Source: an uncultured Mycoplasmatota bacterium
Lineage (GTDB): Bacteria > Bacillota_I > Bacilli_A > RF39 > UBA660
DNA length: 64,000 bases
Assembly (NCBI GenBank): GCA_900548695.1
Contig: URLC01000002.1
Coordinates: 95,692 to 159,691, forward strand
Direction: 5' to 3'
Position numbers and translations under genes: made by a program. The number at the start of each line of letters is the position of its first letter. The first letter of the stretch is position 1. The notes beneath the pieces were generated by a model, which saw only the letters and a list, made by a program, of their open reading frames with translations, ran no database searches and had not been told where the DNA came from. Positions 10,603-19,305 of this stretch are shown piece after piece.

Positions 10603-11298
10603 GTGGTAATTATTAGTTATACAATAAAAGATTTTCCTGATACTGAAAGGCCACGTGAAGTATTACTTTCTAGTGGGGCAAAGTCATTAACAGATTCACA
10701 GCTTTTGGCTATCATACTTCGTAGTGGATATCATGATAAAAATGTATTCGATTTAGCTTTAGAAATTTTAAAGAGTTATCCGCTTTCTAAGATTTCAGAG
10801 TGTAGTTTTTATGATTTGATTGCTATTAAGGGAGTAGGGAAAGTTAAGGCTGTTGAACTTTTAGCTGTTATTGAATTTGGAAAGAGAATATTTTTAAGAG
10901 ATAAGGATAAATTAGTTAAACTTTGTAGTGCTAAAGATATTTGGAATGATGTTAGGTATTTTATTACTGATTTAAAGCAAGAATATTTTTATTGTTATTA
11001 CTTTAATCAAAAACAAGAGTTGTTAGAAAGGAAGTTATTATTTATGGGAACTGTAAATAGAAGTATTGTGCATCCTAGGGAGGTTTTTAAAGAAGCTTAT
11101 CGACTTAGTGCTTCTAGTATTGTTTGTATTCATAATCATCCATCCAATTGTGTTATTCCAAGCAAGGAAGATATTTTATTGACTGATCATTTAGTGAAAA
11201 CGGGGTATATTCAAGGAATACCTATTCGTGATCATATTATAGTTGGTGATGATTCTTATTACAGTTTTTATGAACATCATAATATTTTAAATATCTAG
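10603..11298 (+). CDS. radC: RadC-family JAB-domain protein
   Basis: It has IKDFPDTERPRE at the N-terminus, an HhH segment IKGVGKVKA and the JAMM-like motif HNHPS. The start is uncertain: GTG at 10603 or ATT at 10612 after GAGGTGG. Confidence 0.85.
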   Translation: MVIISYTIKDFPDTERPREVLLSSGAKSLTDSQLLAIILRSGYHDKNVFDLALEILKSYPLSKISECSFYDLIAIKGVGKVKAVELLAVIEFGKRIFLRDKDKLVKLCSAKDIWNDVRYFITDLKQEYFYCYYFNQKQELLERKLLFMGTVNRSIVHPREVFKEAYRLSASSIVCIHNHPSNCVIPSKEDILLTDHLVKTGYIQGIPIRDHIIVGDDSYYSFYEHHNILNI

Positions 11299-11348
11299 TT
11301 GCGGGGGTAATTTATTTATATTATAATAAGTTGGAATGGGATGATGTT

Positions 11349-12149
11349 ATGTACAAAAATAAGAAAAAAAGCGTATTAAATTTGAAGATAATAATTACTG
11401 TTACAGTTATTTTGATTATATTAGGACTTTTTATTTCTGTAAATATGAGTCGTTCTAATTTTTTTGGTGAAGGTTTAATTAAGGATATTTTTATGACTAT
11501 TGATAAAGTGATAATGTATCCTTTTACGGCTTTAAATGGAGAAAAAGATGTTGACCAGACAGAGAGTTATTTAATACAAAAAAATGTGAATTCTTCTTTA
11601 GAAACGGAAATTCAAGAGTTAAAAGAAATTTTAGACTTAAATAAAACTTTGACAGAGTATACACCAATTAATGCTACTATATTATCGAGAAATAAGAATT
11701 ATTGGTTTAATCATTTAATGATTGATAAGGGTTCTAAAGATGGTATCAAAAAGGATATGGCAGTCGTTACTAAAAAGGGATTAATTGGTAAAATATCAAA
11801 GGTTTATCCTAATTCTAGCGAAATTAAGCTAATTACATCAGATGATGTTAATTATAAAGTTAGTGTGGCAGTTAGGACTGGTAATGGTGATAGTTACGCA
11901 ATTTTGAATGGATATGATCCTGATACGGAGTGCGTGACTGTTACTGGTGTAGATAAAATGAGTACGGTAAAAAAAGGTGATACTATTGTTACTAGTGGAC
12001 TTGGAGGTATGTTTCCAGGCGGAATCTATGTTGGTGTTGTTCAAGACATTAGAAGTGATAAATATGATTTAAGTAAAACTTTATACATTAAAACAGATCA
12101 AGATTTTAATGATATTCATTATGTTACGGTATTAAAGGAGAAAAAGTAG
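11349..12149 (+). CDS. mreC: Rod shape-determining protein MreC
   Basis: It has an N-terminal TM helix, a coiled coil and beta-rich domains with GLIGKISKV and VTSGLGGMFPGGIYVG. It sits between radC and mreD. Confidence 0.85.
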   Translation: MYKNKKKSVLNLKIIITVTVILIILGLFISVNMSRSNFFGEGLIKDIFMTIDKVIMYPFTALNGEKDVDQTESYLIQKNVNSSLETEIQELKEILDLNKTLTEYTPINATILSRNKNYWFNHLMIDKGSKDGIKKDMAVVTKKGLIGKISKVYPNSSEIKLITSDDVNYKVSVAVRTGNGDSYAILNGYDPDTECVTVTGVDKMSTVKKGDTIVTSGLGGMFPGGIYVGVVQDIRSDKYDLSKTLYIKTDQDFNDIHYVTVLKEKK

Positions 12150-12150
12150 T

Positions 12151-12663
12151 ATGTTAGTTCCAATTATACTTTTTATTATTTCTTTTTTCTTAGATGGAAT
12201 ACTTTCTAATTTTTTACCATATATGGTTGGCGATTTATCATTTTTTACTCCAATGTTAACAATTGTTTCTCTTGTGGTTTTATATCCGTTTTTTACAAAA
12301 AAATTAAAAATATATTTTGTTAGTTGTTTTTTATTGGGACTTTGTTATGATTTTATGTATACTAATATGTTATTTTATAATGCTATCTTATTTTTAATGC
12401 TTGGTTTGTTATCGACTTTAGTATATCGATATATTCAAGTGAATTGGTTTAGTATTTTATTGTTTGTTTTTATTATGATTGTTGGCTATGAGTGTATGAA
12501 TGCAATTATTATTTTAGTTTTTAATCTAGTTCCAATGACTTTTTATAGATTACTTTATAAAATTGGGCATAGTTTACTACTTAATTTATTATATGGAGAA
12601 TTACTATATTTCATTATTTTGTTACTTCCCAAAAAGTATAAAAAGATTGCTATTAATTCTTGA
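12151..12663 (+). CDS. mreD: Rod shape-determining protein MreD
   Basis: This 170-aa polytopic membrane protein lies directly after mreC. Confidence 0.7.
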   Translation: MLVPIILFIISFFLDGILSNFLPYMVGDLSFFTPMLTIVSLVVLYPFFTKKLKIYFVSCFLLGLCYDFMYTNMLFYNAILFLMLGLLSTLVYRYIQVNWFSILLFVFIMIVGYECMNAIIILVFNLVPMTFYRLLYKIGHSLLLNLLYGELLYFIILLLPKKYKKIAINS

Positions 12664-12713
12664 GAAAGCAGAATATTTGCTTTCTTTTTTTCATATCTTT
12701 TATTAAGGAGACT

Positions 12714-13295
12714 ATGAAAATGGATACAAGAAAAACAGTAAAGAAAAAACTAGTGTTAAAAAAAAGTGTACGTAATTTTTGTACTAGAGTATTAATCACT
12801 GTAATAATTTTTTTGGTAGGAATGATTTTAGTTAAAAGTAGTACGGATTTTAAAAATGGTGTAGTTGAAGAAGTTTATAATAAAAACTTTAAATTTACCA
12901 AGATTAAGAATTTTTATGAAAAATATTTTGGTAATATTTTATCTATTGATAAATTAGCTATTGAGGAACAGGCTGTTTTTAAAGAAAAGTTGTCTTATAA
13001 AAATGCTCATACATATTTAGATGGAGTTAAATTACAGGTTGATAAAAATTATATGGTGCCAGTACTTGAAAGTGGGATAGTTATTTTTGTTGGAGAAAAA
13101 GATAAGTATGGAAGTACTATTATAGTTGAACAAGTGGATGGAGTAGATGTTTATTATTCTAATGTTTCTACTGATGGGGTTAAATTATATGATTATGTTG
13201 AAAAAGGAAGCTTACTGGGTGAAGCGAAGGATGAAAATTTATATTTAGTATTTCAAAAAGATGGAAAGATTTTAAATTATAAAGACTATATATAG
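12714..13295 (+). CDS. Degenerate LytM/M23-domain membrane protein (SpoIVFA-like position)
   Basis: It has one TM helix. The C-terminal M23-like fold lacks the metal-binding His residues (IIVEQVDG and LYLVFQKDG). The Bacillus gene order is mreBCD-minCD-spoIVFA-spoIVFB. Confidence 0.55.
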   Translation: MKMDTRKTVKKKLVLKKSVRNFCTRVLITVIIFLVGMILVKSSTDFKNGVVEEVYNKNFKFTKIKNFYEKYFGNILSIDKLAIEEQAVFKEKLSYKNAHTYLDGVKLQVDKNYMVPVLESGIVIFVGEKDKYGSTIIVEQVDGVDVYYSNVSTDGVKLYDYVEKGSLLGEAKDENLYLVFQKDGKILNYKDYI

Positions 13296-13299
13296 ACAT

Positions 13300-14028
13300 T
13301 TGGAAATTCATCCTCTTTTTTATTTAATTGCATTTGTTTCTGTACTTACAGCTTCTTTTTTTTCATTTGTTGTGATTACTTTTTTAATTGTTGTTCATGA
13401 GATTGGTCATGTTCTATTAGTTCTTTTTTTTGGTGGAACAGTATTTAAGATTTTGATATATCCTTTAGGGGGAATTTCTAAATTTTCGACAGGTTTTAAT
13501 TTATCAATTGGTAAAGAATTTTTAATTTTAATCTTTGGTCCTTTATTTCAAATGTTGGCATGGATTATTTTATGTCTTATTTTTCCTAGTAAAGCAGAAA
13601 TCATTACGACTTATAATTTTGGTATTTTAATTTTTAACTTATTGCCAATTTATCCTTTAGATGGTGGAAAATTATTAGTTTTACTTTTTCATTATTTTTT
13701 GCCATATCGTAAATCTTTTTATATGTGTTTTTGCTTTGGCTATTGTTTGTTGTTTGTTATACTATTGGGATTTTTATATTCTTTTTCTTTAAATTTGTTA
13801 TTTTTATTTTTCTTTTTAATAATAAAATTAACAAAGGAAGTTGAGCAAGTTCCTTATTTTTATGATAGATTTTTGTTAGAAAGATATTTAAATCGTTATA
13901 ATTTTAAGAAAAGTAAAATTGTAAATAGCAAGGAAGATTTTCAAAGGAGTTATCGACATTTAATTAAAGATGGGAGTAATTATTATTTGGAAGAAGAATA
14001 TTTAGAAAAAAAGTTTAAAAAATGTTGA
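13300..14028 (+). CDS. M50 site-2 metalloprotease (SpoIVFB-like)
   Basis: It has HEIGH inside a TM helix and NLLPIYPLDGG. The start is TTG with no clear RBS, so it may be translationally coupled. Confidence 0.8.
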   Translation: MEIHPLFYLIAFVSVLTASFFSFVVITFLIVVHEIGHVLLVLFFGGTVFKILIYPLGGISKFSTGFNLSIGKEFLILIFGPLFQMLAWIILCLIFPSKAEIITTYNFGILIFNLLPIYPLDGGKLLVLLFHYFLPYRKSFYMCFCFGYCLLFVILLGFLYSFSLNLLFLFFFLIIKLTKEVEQVPYFYDRFLLERYLNRYNFKKSKIVNSKEDFQRSYRHLIKDGSNYYLEEEYLEKKFKKC

Positions 14029-14053
14029 CAATTAATCTAGGTCTTGCTATAAT
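14025..14053 (+). promoter_or_regulatory. Consensus sigma-A promoter for tRNA-Ala
   Basis: TTGACA (14025-14030) is followed by a 17-nt spacer and TGcTATAAT (TATAAT at 14048-14053). Confidence 0.8.
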
Positions 14054-14087
14054 CAATTTGTCGACTTGAGAAAGAGCGATAAATAAT

Positions 14088-14163
14088 GGGGCATTAGCTC
14101 AGCTGGGAGAGCGCCACGTTTGCACCGTGGAGGTCAGCGGTTCGATCCCGCTATGCTCCACCA
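14088..14163 (+). tRNA. tRNA-Ala (UGC)
   Basis: A cloverleaf can be folded by eye. It has the G3:U70 identity pair, anticodon loop TTTGCAC, T-arm GGTTCGATCC and an encoded CCA. Confidence 0.95.
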
Positions 14164-14174
14164 TTAAGTATGTT

Positions 14175-14201
14175 AACCGTTGATTTCAACGGTTTTATTT
14201 T
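14175..14201 (+). terminator. Intrinsic terminator after tRNA-Ala
   Basis: The 8-bp stem AACCGTTG/CAACGGTT with loop ATTT is followed by a T-rich tail. Confidence 0.8.
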
Positions 14202-14205
14202 ACAT

Positions 14206-14232
14206 AAAAAAAGCACTGGTTAGTGCTTTTTT
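14206..14232. terminator. Bidirectional terminator
   Basis: Stem AGCACT/AGTGCT is flanked by an A-run and a T-run. It serves the minus-strand small ORF. Confidence 0.65.
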
Positions 14233-14395
14233 ATCTGCAACAATTACAGTTACCTCCGTGATTGCCACAGCAGTTGTTATTTCCTCCAAAGATGAAGAAA
14301 ATAATAATTATTACAATGAGAATTGCCCAAATCCAACCTGAGCCAAATCCATCATTGTTTCCATAGTTACATGGATATGGATACATTCCGTACAT
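14231..14395 (-). CDS. 54-aa tiny TM protein with Cys-rich tail (YjcZ / tiny_TM_bacill-like); absent from ORF track
   Basis: My translation is MYGMYPYPCNYGNNDGFGSGWIWAILIVIIIIFFIFGGNNNCCGNHGGNCNCCR. RBS GAAAGGAAG lies 7 nt before the ATG, and a terminator follows the stop directly. Confidence 0.65.
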   Translation of the reverse strand: MYGMYPYPCNYGNNDGFGSGWIWAILIVIIIIFFIFGGNNNCCGNHGGNCNCCR

Positions 14396-14550
14396 AAATT
14401 ATCTTCCTTTCATTATAATATAATCAAAAGTTATATTATGAAATATTATAAATGCCTAATTATGATGATTATTTTATGTTGCTACTAGTTATACATAATG
14501 ATAAAAAATATGATAAAATAGTTTTATTATCGATTGATGTGGTGAATTGT

Positions 14551-15033
14551 ATGGAAAAGACGAATGTTATGCGTATTTTAGATCAGCATAAAATAAGTTA
14601 TAAAACATATTATTATGGAGATACGGGAGCTATTCGTGGAGTTGATGTGGCTTTTTGTTTGAAGCAAGATTTTAGGCAAGTATTTAAGACGTTGGTAACC
14701 ATTTCTGGTACTAAGCATTATTATGTTTTTATGATTCCGGTTGCTTGTGAGTTGGATTTAAAAAAAGCTGCTAAGAGTGTTGGAGAAAAATCTCTTTCTA
14801 TGCTTCCTTTTAAAGAACTTTTACAGGTTACAGGATATGTTCATGGAGGTTGTTCTGCGATTGGGATGAAGAAAAAGTTTCCAGTAGTGATTGATGATAG
14901 TGATAAAAGTTTTAAGACGATTATTTTTAGTGCTGGTAAGATAGGTTATCAAGTTGAAATGAATGTTTTAGAATTAGAAAATATTTTGGATTATAAATTT
15001 TCTTTCATTACGGTTGGTGAATCATGTGACTAA
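14551..15033 (+). CDS. ybaK: YbaK/EbsC-type Cys-tRNA(Pro) deacylase
   Basis: The sequence MEKTNVMRILDQHKISYK...GYVHGGCSAIGMKKKFP is typical of YbaK. The ATG at 14551 follows GGTGA, and the track extension lies in the promoter region. Confidence 0.8.
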   Translation: MEKTNVMRILDQHKISYKTYYYGDTGAIRGVDVAFCLKQDFRQVFKTLVTISGTKHYYVFMIPVACELDLKKAAKSVGEKSLSMLPFKELLQVTGYVHGGCSAIGMKKKFPVVIDDSDKSFKTIIFSAGKIGYQVEMNVLELENILDYKFSFITVGESCD

Positions 15034-15403
15034 AAGTGAGTATCAAGAATATGAAATTAGTCTGCTGTTTGCTAGATTAGAAAAATCAAAATTTCGTAGT
15101 CGATTTCATTTGAGCAAAACGGATAAACAGTATGTTTTAGATAAAGGTTTTTCTGTGATAGAAAAGCATGCTTATGATTTTATTAGTGGAAGGTTAGCCC
15201 CTAGAGTAATTTTTAATGATGGAAAACAAACTCCAATGAGAGGACATCCTGTTTTTTTAGCACAACATGCAACTGCTACTTGTTGTAGAGGCTGCCTTTT
15301 TAAATGGCATCATATTGCTGCTGATAAGGAGTTAAGTAAAGAAGAAATAGATTATGTTGTCAAGGTTATTATGCAGTGGATTAAAAAAGAGGTGATTAAA
15401 TGA
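15014..15403 (+). CDS. DUF4186-like protein
   Basis: It contains HPVFLAQHATATCCRGCLFKWH. The start is ambiguous: TTG at 15014 or GTG at 15026 after GGTGA. Confidence 0.55.
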   Translation: MVNHVTKSEYQEYEISLLFARLEKSKFRSRFHLSKTDKQYVLDKGFSVIEKHAYDFISGRLAPRVIFNDGKQTPMRGHPVFLAQHATATCCRGCLFKWHHIAADKELSKEEIDYVVKVIMQWIKKEVIK

Positions 15404-15705
15404 CTTTAAAAGATGAATTTAAATATTTAGTGGGTGGTTATTATGGAATAGTTGAGATGGATGAATATGACTTAAAGGTTTATGTATTAAAAGATATAGA
15501 AAACTATATTCGAGATTATTTTAGAGATAATCCAATTTCTAATTTTTCTTATAAAGAAGAAGCGGAAAAGATAAAGGATACTATGTCTTTAAAAACGAAG
15601 TTACAAGATAGCTTACTGGTTTTATATAAAGTAAATGCCGATATGGATTTAGTATTTATGGTAAAAAAAAGGCTTAAGGAATTAAATAAGGAAATTAATA
15701 GTTAG
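15400..15705 (+). CDS. Hypothetical protein (101 aa)
   Basis: The ORF overlaps the upstream stop by 4 nt (ATGA). I recognise no motif. Confidence 0.5.
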   Translation: MTLKDEFKYLVGGYYGIVEMDEYDLKVYVLKDIENYIRDYFRDNPISNFSYKEEAEKIKDTMSLKTKLQDSLLVLYKVNADMDLVFMVKKRLKELNKEINS

Positions 15706-15813
15706 ATAGTTTTTTTATTAATTTGATTTTTTTTGGAAAGAGTAGGTATTACTTTTTCTTTTTTGTTGTTTATTTATTAATTTTATTGTATAATAAGCAT
15801 AAATTTTGAGGGG

Positions 15814-16713
15814 ATGATGAGGTTGGAATTTTTTATATTTATTAGTTATGTTGTTTTTGCATTTTTCTTATTTTTATTTCTTAATTTTCTTATTAAGAGA
15901 TTTTCACTTTCAAAAATAGAATATATTTTATTTACCAATGTTTTTTTAGTCTTTTTAGCAGGGATTGCTAGCTATTTTCATTGGGGAAGTTTTTGTGATA
16001 ATATTTTTATTATTGTAATTTTTGAATTTTTAATTAGAATGCTTTATACAACTTATATACTAGAGAAAGATTTTTTTGCTAAAGAAGAGAAAAATTTATC
16101 TTTATATTTAGGAAATTTAATCGTTACTTATTTATTAAATCAATTTATTATAAGACAAGTGGAAATGGTTTTTTTGAGTGCAGAACAATTAAAACTTTTA
16201 TTATGGATATTTATTATTTTCTTTGTGTATAAATTTTTTCGAAAGCAAGAAAATTATACACTTTTACAGGATGTAAGTCGTAAGGTGTCTTTTTCTGATA
16301 AAAAGCAATATATTATTTCACAGTATGCAAAGATGAAACAACGTTATGGAACTTCCATTATGGTGCAAGATGATTTGCGTTATGTTTTATATACTTTAAT
16401 GATTTATGGAAATTATCAGAGGCCCAATTTTTTTAGACGAATAGATTATTTTAGATATCAATTTGATCATATTCCAAGAAAACAAGGGATTATGCAGATA
16501 GATAGTAAAAAGATGATTACAGATTTGGAAAGTATAGAAATGGTAGAAAAGAAATTGATTAAAATTTATGATAAATTAAAATCTGATAGCAAGACAAAGA
16601 AGAAAAATATGGATTTTGGAATTTTAACTATTGATAAATATATTAAAAATAAAGAGGAAGCCTTAGAGCTTGAAAAAGTATATTTGCAATTAAAAGAATT
16701 TTCTAATCTTTAA
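15814..16713 (+). CDS. Hypothetical polytopic membrane protein with soluble C-terminal domain
   Basis: It has about 5 TM helices and then a roughly 140-aa domain of unknown family. Confidence 0.55.
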   Translation: MMRLEFFIFISYVVFAFFLFLFLNFLIKRFSLSKIEYILFTNVFLVFLAGIASYFHWGSFCDNIFIIVIFEFLIRMLYTTYILEKDFFAKEEKNLSLYLGNLIVTYLLNQFIIRQVEMVFLSAEQLKLLLWIFIIFFVYKFFRKQENYTLLQDVSRKVSFSDKKQYIISQYAKMKQRYGTSIMVQDDLRYVLYTLMIYGNYQRPNFFRRIDYFRYQFDHIPRKQGIMQIDSKKMITDLESIEMVEKKLIKIYDKLKSDSKTKKKNMDFGILTIDKYIKNKEEALELEKVYLQLKEFSNL

Positions 16714-16724
16714 TAGGTGAGATT

Positions 16725-17420
16725 ATGAAATTTGTTGTTAATAGATTTGGACCTAAAGTTTTATTTCCATGGGATTATATAGGTAGTGGGTTAGAAGCTA
16801 AGGTTTATAAAAAGAAAGATATGGCTTACAAAAGATATCGTTTGTTTTCTGAATGTTCAAGACTTTCTTTAGATGATGTTTCTTATTTAAAAAACATTCC
16901 AACAAGAAGAATTTTACTGCCACAAGAAACTTTGTATAATATTTTTGGTCATTTTAAAGGATATACAACAAAATATATAGAAAATTTGGGGTTAGTTCAT
17001 TATATGAATCTGCCGATAGAATGTATTTTTAATGATTTTTCTATATTGAAAGATGATTGCAGACTATTGGGTGAAAAACATATTAGAGTTGCTGATTTGA
17101 TACCTAAGGATAGAGAAATTTATAATCATTCCTTTCATCATGGTCTTTACTTTATTGATCCAGGAAGATTTTATCAGGTGGCTAATGACAATATTGCTTT
17201 CATTGAGGATAAGAATAAAGAGATGATAGATAATTTTATTTATTACAGAATTTTTAGTGTTTTTGCCGATGAAGTTATTGGGCGATATCGATATGATTTT
17301 AGTAAATTGTATAGTTTTCGAAAAATTATTGATGATAATCCTGGGCAGTTTATGGATTTTTTAATGACTGATATTCAGGAAGATACTTTGGGAGAATATG
17401 TTAAGAAAAAAGTTAAATAG
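16725..17420 (+). CDS. Hypothetical protein with possible protein-kinase-like fold
   Basis: It has a Gly-rich loop plus Lys (IGSGLEAKVYKK), a catalytic-loop-like VADLIPKD and a DFG-like FIDPG. This is weak motif-level inference only. Confidence 0.35.
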   Translation: MKFVVNRFGPKVLFPWDYIGSGLEAKVYKKKDMAYKRYRLFSECSRLSLDDVSYLKNIPTRRILLPQETLYNIFGHFKGYTTKYIENLGLVHYMNLPIECIFNDFSILKDDCRLLGEKHIRVADLIPKDREIYNHSFHHGLYFIDPGRFYQVANDNIAFIEDKNKEMIDNFIYYRIFSVFADEVIGRYRYDFSKLYSFRKIIDDNPGQFMDFLMTDIQEDTLGEYVKKKVK

Positions 17421-17482
17421 CTTATAACCTTGTAATTTTTCTTTTTTTATAGTAAACTTTAAGAAGTTTTGAGGTGATTTAA

Positions 17483-19069
17483 ATGATACAAGTAAATAAT
17501 GTAAGTTTGAAGTTTGGTAAAAGAACCTTATTTGAAGATGTTAATATCAAGTTTACAAGTGGAAATTGTTATGGTTTAATTGGGGCCAATGGATCTGGAA
17601 AGAGTACATTTTTGAAAGTTTTATCTGGAGAAGTAGAAACAACTACAGGTGAAGTGGTTATTTCTAAAGGCGAACGACTTTCTTTTTTAAGACAAGATCA
17701 TTATCAATATGAAGATGAAACAGTTTTAAATGTGGTTATGATGGGAAATGAAAAACTTTATAGTATTATTCTTGAAAAAAATAAGATGTATATGCAAACA
17801 GAATTTAGTGAAGAAGATGGTATGAAGTTAGCTAATTTGGAAGCTGAATTTATGGAACTTGATGGTTGGAATGCTGAGAGTGATGCTGCGACTTTATTAA
17901 ATAGTTTAGGTGTTGATATTGAATATCATTCTATGATGATGAAAGAAATACCTGTAAAACTTAGAGTTAAAGTTTTACTTGCTCAAGCTTTATTTGGAGA
18001 ACCTGATATTTTACTTTTAGATGAACCTACTAATAGTTTGGATATTGAAGCAATTAAATGGTTAGAAGAATTTTTAATTAATTTTAATAATACAGTTATC
18101 ATTGTTTCACACGATAGACATTTTTTAAATAAAGTATGTACTCATATTGCTGATATCGATTATGGAAAAATTAAGTTATATGTTGGTAACTATGATTTTT
18201 GGTATGAATCTAGTGAACTTTTACAAAAACAGATGAGAGAGTCTAATAAGAAAAAAGAAGAAAAGATTAAAGAGTTACAAGCTTTTATTGCTAGATTTAG
18301 TGCTAATGCTTCTAAGTCAAAACAGGCTACTTCTCGTAAGAAGTTATTAGATAAGATTCAATTAGATGAAATTGTACCTTCTTCACGTAAATATCCTTAT
18401 ATTGATTTTAAGATTGAAAAAGAAGCTGGAAAAGAAATTTTAAAGGTTGAAAACTTAACTAAGATAGTGGATGGTAAAAAAATACTTGATGGTGTATCAT
18501 TTACTATTTTGAAGGGAGATAAGATTACTTTTTTAGCTCAAGATGATATGGTAAAAACGACATTATTCAATATTTTAGCTGAAAAAGAAAGTTATGATGC
18601 TGGAAGTGTAGAATGGGGAAAAACAATTAAATATGGTTATTTACCACAAGATAATACTGAATACTTTAATACTGATAAAAATATTATGGAATGGATTGGA
18701 CAATATTACGATATTAAGGATGAAACTATTCTTAGAGGTTTTTTGGGCAGAATGTTATTTTCTGGAGAAGATGTGTTTAAGAAAGTTTCTGTTTTATCAG
18801 GAGGAGAGAAAGCTCGTTGTATGCTTTCTAAAATGATGTTGGAAGAGCCTAATTTTTTGATTTTAGATGAGCCAACTAACCATTTAGATTTGGAAAGTAT
18901 TACGTCCTTAAATAAAGGTATGAGTAATTTTAAAGGTGAGATTTTATTTACTTCTCGTGATTATGAATTAAATAGTACTGTAAGTAACCGTGTTATTGAA
19001 ATTTTAGAAGATGGAAGTATTGTTGATAGAGCTATTCCTTATGAGGAATATATTGAGAGAGAAAAGTAA
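17483..19069 (+). CDS. ABC-F family ATPase (YbiT/EttA-like, no TM domain)
   Basis: Two ABC cassettes (GANGSGKST and LLLDEPTNSLD; LSGGEKARCML and LILDEPTNHLD) are joined by a charged linker. Confidence 0.9.
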   Translation: MIQVNNVSLKFGKRTLFEDVNIKFTSGNCYGLIGANGSGKSTFLKVLSGEVETTTGEVVISKGERLSFLRQDHYQYEDETVLNVVMMGNEKLYSIILEKNKMYMQTEFSEEDGMKLANLEAEFMELDGWNAESDAATLLNSLGVDIEYHSMMMKEIPVKLRVKVLLAQALFGEPDILLLDEPTNSLDIEAIKWLEEFLINFNNTVIIVSHDRHFLNKVCTHIADIDYGKIKLYVGNYDFWYESSELLQKQMRESNKKKEEKIKELQAFIARFSANASKSKQATSRKKLLDKIQLDEIVPSSRKYPYIDFKIEKEAGKEILKVENLTKIVDGKKILDGVSFTILKGDKITFLAQDDMVKTTLFNILAEKESYDAGSVEWGKTIKYGYLPQDNTEYFNTDKNIMEWIGQYYDIKDETILRGFLGRMLFSGEDVFKKVSVLSGGEKARCMLSKMMLEEPNFLILDEPTNHLDLESITSLNKGMSNFKGEILFTSRDYELNSTVSNRVIEILEDGSIVDRAIPYEEYIEREK

Positions 19070-19278
19070 TTATTTGAGGAGTAAATATCATTTTAGGTGA
19101 TAGAGTTTTAGGTTAGATAAAAAAATTAAGGTAAGTAAGATTCTTTTCGTATTTTATGAAAAGATTTCTTTGGTTACTGCTAGTTTCATTGATATAAAAA
19201 ATATTTTTATTAACTGTAAACTTTTTTATTAAGGTTTGAACTTTATTATTTTGATGCAAAAAATTGAAAACTAGAGAA

Positions 19279-19305
19279 GAAAAAAGATAGGAAAGTTCCT
19301 ATCTT
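19279..19305 (-). terminator. Intrinsic terminator of the activase operon
   Basis: Stem AGATAGGA/TCCTATCT with loop AAGT has a T-run on the minus strand, directly after the stop. Confidence 0.75.
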
